A DNA stretch of 63,554 nt, filler included, from Atractiella rhizophila (lineage: Eukaryota), in assembly GCA_021432655.1 (NCBI GenBank). It is 3 parts of 3 records of this genome, joined end to end, with 100 filler letters (N's around TTAATTAATTAA, not from the genome) between each part and the next. Parts side by side here need not be neighbours in the genome. Positions count along the whole stretch, not along the records: positions 1 to 30,333 come from MU271710.1; 2 more parts are not named here. The stretch is one strand, 5' to 3'. The notes under the pieces are model-generated. The model was not told the origin of the DNA. It saw nothing but the letters and a program-made list of their open reading frames with translations, and did not search any database. The position numbers and the translations under genes are program-made. This document shows positions 10,817-23,900 of this stretch, piece by piece. Positions within the stretch are counted from its first letter, which is position 1, and every line of letters starts with the position of its first letter.

Positions 10817-11389
10817 ATGTCCATCCCCACCCCCATCACCCTCCACCTGACCCACTTCCCACCCCTCCCCTCTCCCCCCTCACCCAAGACCACCACACGC
10901 ATCCTACCACCCACCGACTCCCTCTCCTCCCTGCGCACATCCATCCCTCTACCCTCCGAGGCTTCCTTCGCATTGCGTGCGGGAAGGTGTATCACCGAGG
11001 AGGAGGAGCGGAGAGGCGTTTGGGAGCTGCTGGGGTGGCCGGAGAGGGACGCGTTTTGGAATACTTTTGGGGGAGAGGGAGATGGAGAGAGGGAGAGGGA
11101 TGGGGCGTGGGAAGTGGAGGTGTGGTATCCGGGCGAAGGGATGGAGGAGGCTTTTCTTGCGACGAGGAGAATGGACACTACAATACCGGATAAAGTGACG
11201 GTGAGGTTGTGTTTGGATGGGAAGGAGAGGATGGTGGAGGTGGAGAAGGATGCGTGTGTGGGAGAGCTGAAGAAGTGGGTTAAGGAGGAGGTGGAAGGAT
11301 TGGAGAATGAGCAGGAGGTGTACTTTGTTATGGCTGGGAGAGTTCCGGTTGATGACGAGTTGTTGGGGTTGTTGATGGCGGGAAGCGAG
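10817..11389 (+). CDS. Exon encoding ubiquitin-like domain(s); either a short stand-alone gene or exon 1 of the downstream Herp/Usa1-like gene
   Basis: DKVTVRLCLDGKERMVEVEKDACVGELKKWVKEE..VYFVMAGRVPVDDELL has a ubiquitin-fold pattern; a weaker second pattern lies upstream (ALRAGRCITEEE); phase-0 donor GAG|GTGAGT at 11390. Confidence 0.6.
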
Positions 11390-12256
11390 GTGAGTCTCAG
11401 TCTTTTTATTTATTTTTGCTGTTAGTGCTGTGTAAACGGAGGGAATGTTGCTCTTCTAACGTTGAGAAGAGCGGTGAGGTAGGATGGAAGAGGTGGAGCA
11501 CCGTTTCACCCCTTTGCTACATTCTCCTCTTTACGTGTTCTAAGTATGATGGATGGGCCGAGAGTCGTGTCTGCGAGTTGATGTATTCGTGCATGATGAG
11601 TGGACAATGATTGTAAAGGGGTGACCAAATGTTTTCCCGGAGATATGGAGTCTCCTTTTTGTGCTTCAATCTAATGGACAGCCGAAACTGCTCAATTCGA
11701 GCTCTCCTTTCTTAATCTCGCTGGTGTATAACACCTTACGTCAACGGGCATCATCGAAAAATTGCCGTTCCATTTAGAATTGAAGGGGAGCAGTAGCAAT
11801 ATAACAGCACCGTCATTTGGTATGATGATTGAGTTCAGAGGGGATCTTGGCATTTTCTCAGTAAGGAATGGCCTTGTGTCGGGAGGTGAACTAGTTGCGT
11901 GATTGCAGGCCGGCATTCTGTTCTCTACGTCAAAATTTGTGATGAGACGAGAGACGAGAATGCAGAGAAACATTGAGGGAAGGAGCACTCTGTCGTTCTT
12001 AACAGTCTTCTGGGTGCGTTTTGAAAAGGGATAGTAAATCCACCATTTGTTTTCATTGCCTTCTTGGCTAGTTTCGATATGGAAGTTGTCTACATTCTCT
12101 GTGTATTTCAAACATCGACTGAAGAGTAAAACATGGACGTCGTCCTTGACCCTTTCTGCCTTGACCGAAGCTGTTTGGACGCGTTGTCGGTCTTATTTTC
12201 TCGATATCATGCTTATATCTCTAGTTTGAATTGGGATACTGATTCTTTACTGCCAG

Positions 12257-15142
12257 TCGCGACCAGTGCCGATTTTAATCCACCCGTCTAATTCGAAGGT
12301 GACCTGGAAGTCCGTCGAGCCTGCAAAACTGGCTCTTCTGCTGGATATCACTGCGACTCGCACAGCTCCAACCTTTGTTCCTCCCCCGAACACCAAGCCT
12401 GCGTTGTCTGCTCTTCCCCCTCAGAAAAAGACCGCCTTCTCGCCTTCTAATACGACACAATCAGGGCGCGATGATATTTTGAAGAACAAAACAGAGCGGC
12501 CGAGTAGCAACGGGACCACCAGTGCTGCTTCGACCAACGGATCTCTACCCGTCTTTTCCTCTTGGATGGACTTTGATCCGAACAAGCCTTCAATGCGAGA
12601 GATTTCGGATCCCGATGTTAGGAATAGCGTCAAACCAGAGGCAAATGGCACTACTGCTAACGGTTCTACGAGCACCATTCCGAGTGATCCTCGAGAACCG
12701 TCTTCGCTGCGACAACGCCTTCGCCTCCCTTTAAGTCGTCCAGTTCCTCTTTCAAGGTCTCCCTCGTCGTTCCGATCCGCTTCTCAACCTCCAGAAACGG
12801 CGCGTTCCACCGCTGTGTTTACTCCTAGCACCTCTCCTCCAAACCGCTTCACACCACTTGCTCCCCCAATGGGCCGTATGAACCGAACGTCCTCCGACCC
12901 CGTCCTAACAGCAACAGCATCCTCAGCAGCTGCGACAGCAGTCCAACCCCCACCTCGCCCAAAACCAGATCTGCCCGACTATACAAAGTTTTTGCAGTTC
13001 ATGAGGAAGCTGTCGAACGCACAACGGTACACCCTGCTTCAGCAATTAAATCGTGCAAGTGGCGTTTACAAGAGTTGGCTGAAGAATGAGAAGGGCGGGA
13101 ACCGGAGAGATGGCTGGGAATCGTCATGGGATACCGTCGCTAATGTCACTTCGTTCCCCTTCAGCGCAGAATCGGCGACGCCGTTTGGTACGAGAATGGT
13201 TTCTTCCCAAATTTTGCAACTTATAACGAGGGACAGGGGAAAGAGCAAAGTTTGATATCCCTAAGGACGTAAAAGCTCAGGTTGAGCAGCTACTACGAGA
13301 TATAGACGTATGGGAATGGATTGAGAAACAAGTATTGAAATTGAAACAAGCCGAATATACATCCTTGACGATGAGCAACAACGGGCGAGTGACCTGGAAG
13401 GTCGTTTATGTTGAGTATGTTTTATTCTCCCAAATGAAAACTGGCTGAGGTGGAGAGTAGCAATCTACCCTACCTCCTCGTGAACGAGTATGCACATCCA
13501 CGCCTCATCCCACGGACACCAGACAGCGTCTTCCGCGCCGAAGCCGTCTATCACGTCCTCACCAACATTTCAGCCATAGTATCCATCAGTCACAATGTCG
13601 AAACCACACAACAAAGAGCACGCCTCATGCAACTTGCAAATACTCGACTCCTTCAGCGACCGTTAGGACGACATCAAGACATCCTGGATGGGCTCGGAAT
13701 CGGACTCGGTGGCCCTGCCGTCGACGTTCGAGCAGGAGGTTTGGGAGCCGCCGGAGCAGGCGGAAGACGAGGGGTTGCCATCATCATCAACCTCACCGTC
13801 GTTGTTCAGATCCTTTACCGGTTGTTCCTTCTATGTGCCAAACTAGGGGTCTTGTTCCTTCTGTTTGGTCGACATGTCTCGTGAGTATACCTCCACTTTG
13901 TTAACGACCTCGCTCACTTTGACATTCAGACCTACGAAACGATTTGTCATTCTCGGCTTGGCTTTTCTCTACTTTCTCTACCAAGCCCGTCAAATTATCT
14001 TTCCGAATGCAGATGCGGATCGAGCAGCTGCCAGGAACCGTCCTCGCAGGGCTCCGCGTCCTGCGAATCCCGTACCAGCGCCAGCTGAAGGGAATGCAGG
14101 TGCGAATCCGCCAGCGGCTGAGCCTGGGCCCGAACTGGATCGCCTTCGACAAGCGCTGCAACAAGCTGGTGTCGGAGCAGGAAATGCCCGTCCCGCTGCT
14201 CCTGCAGCACTAGGCCGTGGTATGGAGCGTGCTGCTCCTGCTCCTGTCCCTCCTGCTGGAAACAATCGTCCTCCTACCCCGACCCCTACCATTCGAAGGC
14301 GTGCGGCTGTACCAGCTTATACGAGATACTCTGTTTTCACCCCGAAGTATTGGATCATGCGCATGGCTTCTGTGGGCCTCATGACGGAGGCTCGAGAATT
14401 ACAAGTCCCCCTCTCTTCAAGATCAACTGTCCCCCCTCCGCCTCTTCTACCTGAAGAGAATACTGCACTAAAACGAACTATCCGAATGACATGGACCGCA
14501 ACCGTTTTGTTTTTTGGAACTTTAATACCCGAGGTGGAGAAAAAAAGGAAACGAGCTCTAGAGAAGAGGCAGAAACAGATAGCTCAGAAACGGATCGACG
14601 AGGCAAAGAAAAGAGCTGAGGAAGCTAATGCGCGCGCCACTCAAGCAACGGAGGCAGCAGCAGCTGCCTCAATGCCTCCCAATCCGCCTACAGAACCCTC
14701 AGTTCCACCAGTCGCGTCAACATCAGCAGTCACCATCGAGAACGCACCATCAACCCCCACCCCCCAACCTCCGCCAGATCCTCGACGGAACAATCCTCCT
14801 CCTGCACCAGTACCTCATTCTTCCGCCTCCTCAGCACCAAGCACACCAGCCGACATCCCTCCTGCCGCTCTTCCTCTGGAAGGGGAAGCACATATACTTG
14901 ACAGAGGAGACGGCGGGCCGGGTCCTGCAGCCGTCCCAATGCTCGAAGCTGCCGGAGCTGAAATTCTTATACCCCCCGATGTACTGAATGCCGTCGACGA
15001 CGCGGTCGCTGCTGAGATTGTTGGAGGAGCGGATACGCCAATTGGAGGAATGGATACGCCGAACGAAGGAATGATTACGGATGATGAAGGTGGTGATGGA
15101 GAACAAGAAGCTGAAGCTGAAGAGGTCGCTGTCATCTTTTAA
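12257..15142 (+). CDS. Herp/Usa1-like ER membrane protein (multi-exon), probable ERAD scaffold
   Basis: Pro/Ser-rich region; VTWKVVYV|NLPYLLV segment; TM hairpin (VVVQILYRLFLLCAKLGVLFLLFG..RFVILGLAFLYFLYQ); late TM plus coiled coil (LFFGTLIPEVEKKRKRALEKR); acidic tail. Start codon uncertain. Confidence 0.55.
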
Positions 15143-15960
15143 TTCTTGATGCTTAGTTTCGACATTGCATTTCGTTTTCTGCTATGTGGCCACAAAAGAG
15201 CTTGTACGATGGGCAATCAAAATGCAATTAATTAGCACGCCTACCCCACTGGCCATGGTGTCGGTTCCTGTTTCTTTCTTGTTCCTCCTGTTTCGATCCA
15301 TGGTCACGCTCGGCTCGAAGACCTACCCGACGCGCGCCGGTTGAATGTGCAAGGCGTCCTCTGGAGATAAGTTTGAGTGGAGGGAGCCGAGGATGCGTGT
15401 CTGTCGACCAACGATGGAGGCAAAAGCCGTCTGGTTCCCGTCTGCCTCAGTATGTTCAGATTCCGAATTCGGGACTTGGGATGCGATCTGTCCCTGTCCA
15501 TGATACGAGAGAAGATTTGGGATTCTGGATCGGTCAAGTTTCCGGGTTCTTTGTGCAAGAATGACCGGATGTGGAAGAAAGTAAGGACAACAGGAAATCG
15601 GGACGCATCTACAAACAGCAACGGTTGGCCCGTATCTGTACCTGAGAGGGTTTCTCGCTTCTGCCTTCCTTCCAGGCTCCCGAGGTTCGCGACGCGAAAA
15701 CAAAGTGGAGGCTTCTTTCTCGTCCGTGAGAGGTGTCACGAAGTACTGGGATGCTACACCCTTTGGACAGGGAGCCTTCGTTCATGGTCTGGCTGCGCTA
15801 CAGACCCGTGCGCTTACATGGCAGTGGTTGGGCCAGGTTTTGTCATGAAGTGCTCGATGCCACGGTGGTGTTGATTTGGTGGAGGAATATATAAGGCTCA
15901 TGTAGCCTTGTTCCATTCCATAATCCGTCATATTGTCTATCTACTAGCTTGAGCGTTGGA

Positions 15961-16706
15961 ATGGCAAAAGGAGTTAGAAGTGGGATGAAGGAAGGAACGA
16001 GACAGCTCTCACAACCTCCTCTTGTGAAGAATACGGCTTGTAAGGTACACCAACGCTCTTCTCCTCGTTTACAGGAGAATTCACGTTGACTTCTTACTAT
16101 GCTTCCAGGTCTGCCGCTCTCGCAAGATACGGTACGCGATTGGATTTCATCTAACCGTATATGTATGAAACTGAGTTTGGTATCGTTCTATGGCTCACAG
16201 TTGTGATGGGAAGAAACCAGTTTGCGGTTAGTTCCCTCTCCTTCACTTGCTTTCCCAGGTATTCACAGGAGGATAGGAACATGTTATCGCACGGCGATAT
16301 CTCGAGGTATCCATCCAAAAGACATGAATTGCACGTGGCCATTCGAGGGAGAAGAAGATGAGGACATGAGAGCGAAAGAAGATAAGATCCGGACTCTGGA
16401 GCAGCGCGTTCGTATGTCTTCCCTTCTTCCCTTCCTATCCAACACTATACTCATGAAGGTGGAATAGAGAGCTTGCAGGAGATACTACATAGTAATGAGG
16501 AGCTCATACGCTCATATCAGGATGCGCAACAACACCAAACGAATCTAAATGGGACGCCTCAGCGACCACTGGACTCGAAAAGGGAAATGGAAATGGAGAG
16601 GGAGAGGGAGGCGACGCCTACGCTCGAGGACTTTCAGTCCTCGCTTTCACACCTTTGGTCCCTTGATACGGGGAAGAAAAAGGAAAGTGAAGAGGGGAAA
16701 AGTTAG
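15961..16706 (+). CDS. Small Zn(II)2Cys6 binuclear-cluster protein with coiled coil, encoded through micro-exons; 3' end may extend to 16964
   Basis: Exons 15961-16044, 16109-16131, 16201-16226 and 16277 onward splice to ACKVCRSRKIRCDGKKPVCGTCYRTAISRGIHPKDMNCTW, followed by KIRTLEQRV..ELQEIL; TATATAA at about 15888. Confidence 0.8.
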
Positions 16707-17033
16707 TGGACGTATCTCAACTTGTCTTCGGGAGGCATGTATATAACCTTCTGACTCTGCTTTTCGTTGTCCAAAATTGCACATCTGGTCATGTCTTTTT
16801 TACCCCTTCGCACTTATTCTGGCATGCTACAGCACGCCACCGATGCTGGTCTAAAGAAGGAGGGTATAAGTGGGGGGAGTGCTACAAAAAGCACTGCACA
16901 AGAGGAGACAACTGAGGAAAGGCGAGAGTATGAAATCATAGAATTCTTGAGAATACCATGTTAATATTGTCAATGTTAATGTTCTATATTGATATTTGAC
17001 GTTCGCAACGTTCACCTCAACTACCTCAACTCC

Positions 17034-20000
17034 AAATTGAACGGTAGCTGTACTCACGATGACGGCCAAAACACGACCCGCATATTGTCCTGTCTACTAT
17101 TCGTGACCATCTCAATCGTTAGTTGTTCCTTGATTTAAACAGTTTCATTATCGGATGTTGGACAAGTTGATGACTGAAAGTGCAGCGGGTACGTACAACG
17201 CGGATACGGCAGCTAGACACGGCGATGTTGACTTCCTTTTCGATCCCGTTTTCGACTTTCTCTTTCACCTTCTTCCCTTATTATTACTTTATTTCAGCAC
17301 GTCAGCTTCAGCCCTCTCTTCAGCGTCATAGCCTCTTCTTTGCCACTACGGTACCACCTACTACAGCTCTTTTTGACAACCAGAGCTACATAGCATAGGA
17401 CAGCACAAGCAGAGCAAGATGCGACTCTTCCCTAAGAAGAAAGAGAAATCCTTCTCCGTCATCTACCCGCCCAAGGACAAGAACAGTCTAAGCGGAGATG
17501 GAGCTGGCGGAGGGGAGGAGTCGAGGTATGATTCAGATACTATTATTGGGAGGGCCAAGGAGAAACCTGTCAAGAGCAGTTTGAAGAAGGTGCGCTTCTC
17601 TTTCTTTCTTGTCTTTTGTTTTCGAGGGTGTCTGGTTCTCTTCTTGTGTCTATTGGAGCTATTGCAGAGTGGATAGGGTGCGATGCAACGCAAACATCAT
17701 GTTGGCAGGAGATGGAGAGCTGAGCGCTAAGCCCGGCGCCACCACGCTAGAAGCTAGAAGCTTCAGGCACGGGTCACATTGTCTCTTGCACTTTCTCCCC
17801 GATTCTCTACTGCTGCATCGACGATAGAAGCTGCGCAAACTGGGGCAGATCTGCATTTTACATTGTTGTGCATTCGACATCTTGGGATCTTGACGTCATG
17901 CGTTCTCCCATTCATTGCCATTCATTCGTCTTTGATCCAATTTCCTTCCAGCATCGATCCATCTAGGCGGATGCCAGCTAAAGTGGTAGCTCTTTAACAG
18001 GTCTGATGAGCATTTAGTTATTTCTTCTTGACGGATCCAATAACAGCGCGGTAGTGTTGACCAGCGAAATCCTGCATACTATGCTCACCGTGGTGTACCT
18101 GTTTGGGTTGCAGTACAGGGTCTGCATTGCTTTATCGTCTCCCTATCTAATGAAGATCACTCTTTTAATTCCACGGCAAAGATGCTGCTGAGGCAGCAAG
18201 TACGAATGCAAGGCATATTGTAGCTTTTGTGCTACCCTAAGGCATGGATAATAGAACTAGTTGGTATACCGGAAGGAGAATTTTATTTCCTGCGATCTAT
18301 TTTCCTGGGCTGTTATTGGATTATCCTTCCTCATGTCACCCTGAATCTGACCCTAAAGGCCCCTCCTTAATTCTCTTGTTCTTTTGACAGACATCTTCCC
18401 GCCCAACGCCAGCGGCGATCGAACTCCCAGATCCTTTCGCGTCTAAACCTCAAGAACCCTCCAGCACCAAAGCCACCACGGCCCACTCCCCAACGTCCAT
18501 CCCACGTTCCTCTTCGCCGCTCGTCCACTCGAATACTCTCACGACCTCTTCTGAGATCGGGGCGTCGACGGCGCCGTCGACTGCGCCGAGTGCGGCGGTT
18601 ACAGATGGGGAGAAGGAGGACGAGGAGGAGAAGGAGGGGGATAGAGAGAAGGCGGAAAGGGGTGGGGAGTTGGAAGGGAATATGAATGCGGATGCGGATG
18701 CGGACGAGAGGAAGGCAACGAAGGATGGGTCGATCAATTATTCTCTACTCATCAAGAGGCTCAAGAGCTCGCGATCGTCTGCTTCTTCTACTCCTTCCTC
18801 TCCTACCAAAGCATCCAAATTCATTCCGAGTGCTCCCCCAGAAAGTTCTAAAGAGACGTATTCGACTGAAAAGGAACCCAAGTCTGCTCCGCGGAAGAAG
18901 AAGGAGTCGACAAAGTCGAGACCGTCCCTCGAATCTTCTTCCCTCGCGAGAGCTAATTCCAAACATTCGACAAAATTGAACGGTAGCTGTACTCACGATG
19001 ACGGCCAAAACACGACCCGCATATTGTCCTGTCTACTATTCGTGACCATCTCAATCGTTAGTTGTTCCTTGATTTAAACAGTTTCATTATCGGATGTTGG
19101 ACAAGTTGATGACTGAAAGTGCAGCGGGTACGTACAACGCGGATACGGCAGCTAGACACGGCGATGTTGACTTCCTTTTCGATCCCGTTTTCGACTTTCT
19201 CTTTCACCTTCTTCCCTTATTATTACTTTATTTCAGCACGTCAGCTTCAGCCCTCTCTTCAGCGTCATAGCCTCTTCTTTGCCACTACGGTACCACCTAC
19301 TACAGCTCTTTTTGACAACCAGAGCTACATAGCATAGGACAGCACAAGCAGAGCAAGATGCGACTCTTCCCTAAGAAGAAAGAGAAATCCTTCTCCGTCA
19401 TCTACCCGCCCAAGGACAAGAACAGTCTAAGCGGAGATGGAGCTGGCGGAGGGGAGGAGTCGAGGTATGATTCAGATACTATTATTGGGAGGGCCAAGGA
19501 GAAACCTGTCAAGAGCAGTTTGAAGAAGGTGCGCTTCTCTTTCTTTCTTGTCTTTTGTTTTCGAGGGTGTCTGGTTCTCTTCTTGTGTCTATTGGAGCTA
19601 TTGCAGAGTGGATAGGGTGCGATGCAACGCAAACATCATGTTGGCAGGAGATGGAGAGCTGAGCGCTAAGCCCGGCGCCACCACGCTAGAAGCTAGAAGC
19701 TTCAGGCACGGGTCACATTGTCTCTTGCACTTTCTCCCCGATTCTCTACTGCTGCATCGACGATAGAAGCTGCGCAAACTGGGGCAGATCTGCATTTTAC
19801 ATTGTTGTGCATTCGACATCTTGGGATCTTGACGTCATGCGTTCTCCCATTCATTGCCATTCATTCGTCTTTGATCCAATTTCCTTCCAGCATCGATCCA
19901 TCTAGGCGGATGCCAGCTAAAGTGGTAGCTCTTTAACAGGTCTGATGAGCATTTAGTTATTTCTTCTTGACGGATCCAATAACAGCGCGGTAGTGTTGAC

Positions 20001-20910
20001 CAGCGAAATCCTGCATACTATGCTCACCGTGGTGTACCTGTTTGGGTTGCAGTACAGGGTCTGCATTGCTTTATCGTCTCCCTATCTAATGAAGATCACT
20101 CTTTTAATTCCACGGCAAAGATGCTGCTGAGGCAGCAAGTACGAATGCAAGGCATATTGTAGCTTTTGTGCTACCCTAAGGCATGGATAATAGAACTAGT
20201 TGGTATACCGGAAGGAGAATTTTATTTCCTGCGATCTATTTTCCTGGGCTGTTATTGGATTATCCTTCCTCATGTCACCCTGAATCTGACCCTAAAGGCC
20301 CCTCCTTAATTCTCTTGTTCTTTTGACAGACATCTTCCCGCCCAACGCCAGCGGCGATCGAACTCCCAGATCCTTTCGCGTCTAAACCTCAAGAACCCTC
20401 CAGCACCAAAGCCACCACGGCCCACTCCCCAACGTCCATCCCACGTTCCTCTTCGCCGCTCGTCCACTCGAATACTCTCACGACCTCTTCTGAGATCGGG
20501 GCGTCGACGGCGCCGTCGACTGCGCCGAGTGCGGCGGTTACAGATGGGGAGAAGGAGGACGAGGAGGAGAAGGAGGGGGATAGAGAGAAGGCGGAAAGGG
20601 GTGGGGAGTTGGAAGGGAATATGAATGCGGATGCGGATGCGGACGAGAGGAAGGCAACGAAGGATGGGTCGATCAATTATTCTCTACTCATCAAGAGGCT
20701 CAAGAGCTCGCGATCGCCTGCTTCTTCTACTCCTTCCTCTCCTACCAAAACATCCAAATTCATTCCGAGTGCTCCCCCAGAAAGTTCTAAAGAGACGTAT
20801 TCGACTGAAAAGGAACCCAAGTCTGCGCCGCGGAAGAAGAAGGAGTCGACAAAGTCGAGACCGTCCCTCGAATCTTCTTCCCTCGCGAGAGCTAATTCCA
20901 AACATTCGAC
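17034..20910 (+). repeat. Direct tandem duplication of 1938 bp (17034-18971 and 18973-20910)
   Basis: Identical ORF set at an offset of 1939; a single extra A at the junction (18972); only three substitutions seen, all near the 3' end. Confidence 0.97.
17419..19077 (+). pseudogene. Truncated 5' duplicate of the PX-domain gene (exon 1, long intron, part of exon 2) reading into a new C-terminus
   Basis: Same MRLFPKKKEK start as 19358; after ANSKHST the frame crosses the junction into KLNGSCTH...ILSCLLFVTISIVSCSLI and stops at 19077. Confidence 0.6.
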
Positions 20911-23900
20911 GTATACCTCTGATGCTCACTTCACTGATGCCCCCGAAGGTGAGAGTGAGGCAGGGCACGCCGTCCCTGGAGAGGAAAGAAAGAAGGAGGA
21001 GGAAAAGGAAAGCGGAGGGTTGAAGAGACCTTCGTTCCCCTTGACGAGGAGGGGAAGCAAATTCAATGAAGAGTTTAAGTCGGCGCCGCCGTCGCCTACC
21101 AAGTCTGCGGATGCGGGCAAGGAGAAGGAGAATGGCGTAGAGAGAAAGAAGAGTGTGCGATTGCCTGCGGATGAGAAATCGTTGAAGAGCACGAAGAGCG
21201 TGAAGAGTGTAAAGAGCGCAAAGGACGAGAATAGACCGGTTAAGAGGACAACGACCAAATTGGTCAAGAGGAGGTCGACGCCTTCAATGGCTGCGGATCC
21301 GAGGAAGGAGGAGAAGATTGAGGTGAAGAGGCTGGCTTATTCCCAGTCTATCAAGGCTAAGGATACGATCGAGAGTCCTGCGGGTTTGGGGAGGACGAGA
21401 TCTGTTGACAGTTCGAAGAGAGAGAAGAAGGATGATCTGGATGAGGGATTCATCGATTTTTCGAAGTCTATCAAGAGAGACACGTCGAGGAGTACGAGGG
21501 AGAAGAGGGAGAGTGTCAAGGAAAAGGAAAAAGAACAGAAAAGAAAGCCAAGTTTGAAGGGGAAGGAGAGGGCGATAGAATATGACGTGGAAGAGGTGCA
21601 AATCGAGAACCGACCCCCGTCCCGTTCCAGTCAGAGATTATTCCTTCGTCCTAAGACGCCGGACGAGAACGAGACGTCGGAAGAGGATGAGCCGCCGCCG
21701 AGGTCGCGACCGCCGTCCATTGCGAGCTCGAGGAGGAGTGGAGTGAGTAAGAAAAGCACGAGGAAGAGCGTGAGGATTGAAGAGTCGTCAGCTGGCGAGG
21801 AGGTGGTGGAGAAGGAGAAGGAGAGGAAAGGTGGATTGACGCTGATGCAGAGGCATTATTTGAACAAGAGTCTCGTCTAGTGCGCATCATTTCCTTGCTC
21901 CAGCCGGTTGGTTGACGTCTGTGGGCTAGTATGGAGATGCAACGCGAGTGGAACACTCTTTCCAAAGTCGGCGCACTGACGAAGTACGGTCCTCCCTTCC
22001 TGCCCACTCCTGCTATCCACAAGACGACCACAAAGGCTCGGATGTCTCGCATCCAATCTGCTACTTCAAGTGATTCGGAAGGCAAACAGTCTCGTCGCCA
22101 AAGCACCTGGTTTGGGACATTCAAGAATCGGAGTTCGAGTACGGGAATCGGAGGGGCAGCTAATGAACCTGAGCATCCAGAACTGATGCAAGTCGAGGTA
22201 GATGCGGAAGTAGAGGAGAGCCCGATGCTCAAGTACCTTTACTGGCGATTTGTCAATAATTTTCCTGGATTGAAAGAGGCCAAGTTGGCATATTGGCAAA
22301 AGAATATTCAGCCTTTCTTCGATTCTATAGCTGCGAGGGAGCTTAGTGAAAGCGGTGGGGAGAGGGCTGAGATCACCAAAAGGTCCGCCTTTCTACTGTA
22401 TATCTGGAAATACTCGTTGATATCCAGTGTAGGAAACTCCTTGCTACTGGCATCACTCGCATCCTTGGTACTTACTTTTCGACTTGCGTAACGAGCGCAG
22501 GAGATTCTACTCCTGCGCGACCAGATAAAAAGATCACGAAGCGATTGGACGACGTGTTCCCTGGTGACATGGATGCGATGTGCATCGAGATTGTTGGAAG
22601 TAGCAAGAAGCAGTCGGGCCAAGCGAGATACAATGCTTGGGTCGCTGTCGTGGATTCACGGGATTCTAAGGGGCAGGTATGCTCTTTTATCACCTTCCCT
22701 TCGTTGTTGAGGCTAACCTAGATGGTAGTTTATTGTTTTAACGCGCGTGTTGACCGGCACATCCAAGCCTTATTACCTTACCCACAGAACGCGAGCAGAG
22801 TTTGAGGCTTTTGATGGAGACGTAGGTTGATGTGCTGAATCGAAAGAATATGCTCATTGCTTTGAACAGCTCAAGGAGATCAAGTTACCATCTTCCTTCG
22901 ATTTCCCCATTCTTTCCAGCGGAGCTTCTCTCCACATTCTGCAACGATGGCTTAGACATGTTGTCATTGCACTCTCCAATCCGAACCCCGAAGTCAAGCG
23001 AACCCCAGCGCTTACCAAGGCACGTCAACTCATGGAGGCTTTCTTGCTAGATGGTGGCAGGCAACTGAACAATCGAGAGCGGGACTCCTTGGTGAACAAG
23101 GCGAAGGCGGCGGATGAGAAAGCGATGCGGGACCGTAAGATTTGGCTGAAGTTGGGAACGAGAGCTAGAAAGGTGTGGTCCTATCCTTACTGGGGATATT
23201 CGAGGTTAAATATTTGAATTGCAGTTGAGAACAACCTGGCATGCCTATAAAGCGGCTCTCATTGATGGTAACGAAATTGACCGCTCTTTCGCCCAACTCA
23301 AGAAGCATGAGCGTTATGAAAATCTGCCGGAGACCTATAGGATCACTCAGGAGTGGGCCCGCATCTGGGTTGCCTACATGCTTCAGTTCGTTCTCTTCAC
23401 TGCCTGGAATCGAACTGACGCTGTTCCAGCTTTGTCTTCGCAGCTGCTCCTAACGCAAGAGACATCACCCTCCTCGTCCAGGCAATTCACAATCACATGC
23501 CCTACGGCTTGATGAAACAGGGGTTAAAGATGATCAACCCCACTTTCATGATCAAGTTAGTTTCCTTCCTGTTCCGTTGCTCCAGTCTCATTTTCGTTCA
23601 GATTTCTCGTCAATCTGTTCTGTGCACATCCGCCTGGAGCTCTGAGCCTCATTCAAAGGTGATTTGCATCAGATTTCCATAGAGCAGGTCTCACAGTTGG
23701 ATCAGGATTTTATGTATGCCGCTCAACAACGAGATCAAGAGCCTGAAGCGGGAGATTCGTGAACTTGAAGCTGAAGTGAAAGATGAACAGATCGTCAAGA
23801 TCCTGGCCGACCATGCCGCTGCATCTAGAGAGGAACAGAGCCGCATTCATTCTATGGCTGGTCCGTATTTGTTTTGCGTATCCAATTTGAGTTTCAATAC

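Noticed and set aside
11390..12256. Intronic C/D-box snoRNA (ATGATGA motifs near 11592 and 11823)
   Set aside because: No convincing paired D box, terminal stem or rRNA-complementary guide identified by eye
15304..15874. Overlapping 105-165 aa ORFs on both strands
   Set aside because: No recognisable motifs or consistent splice structure
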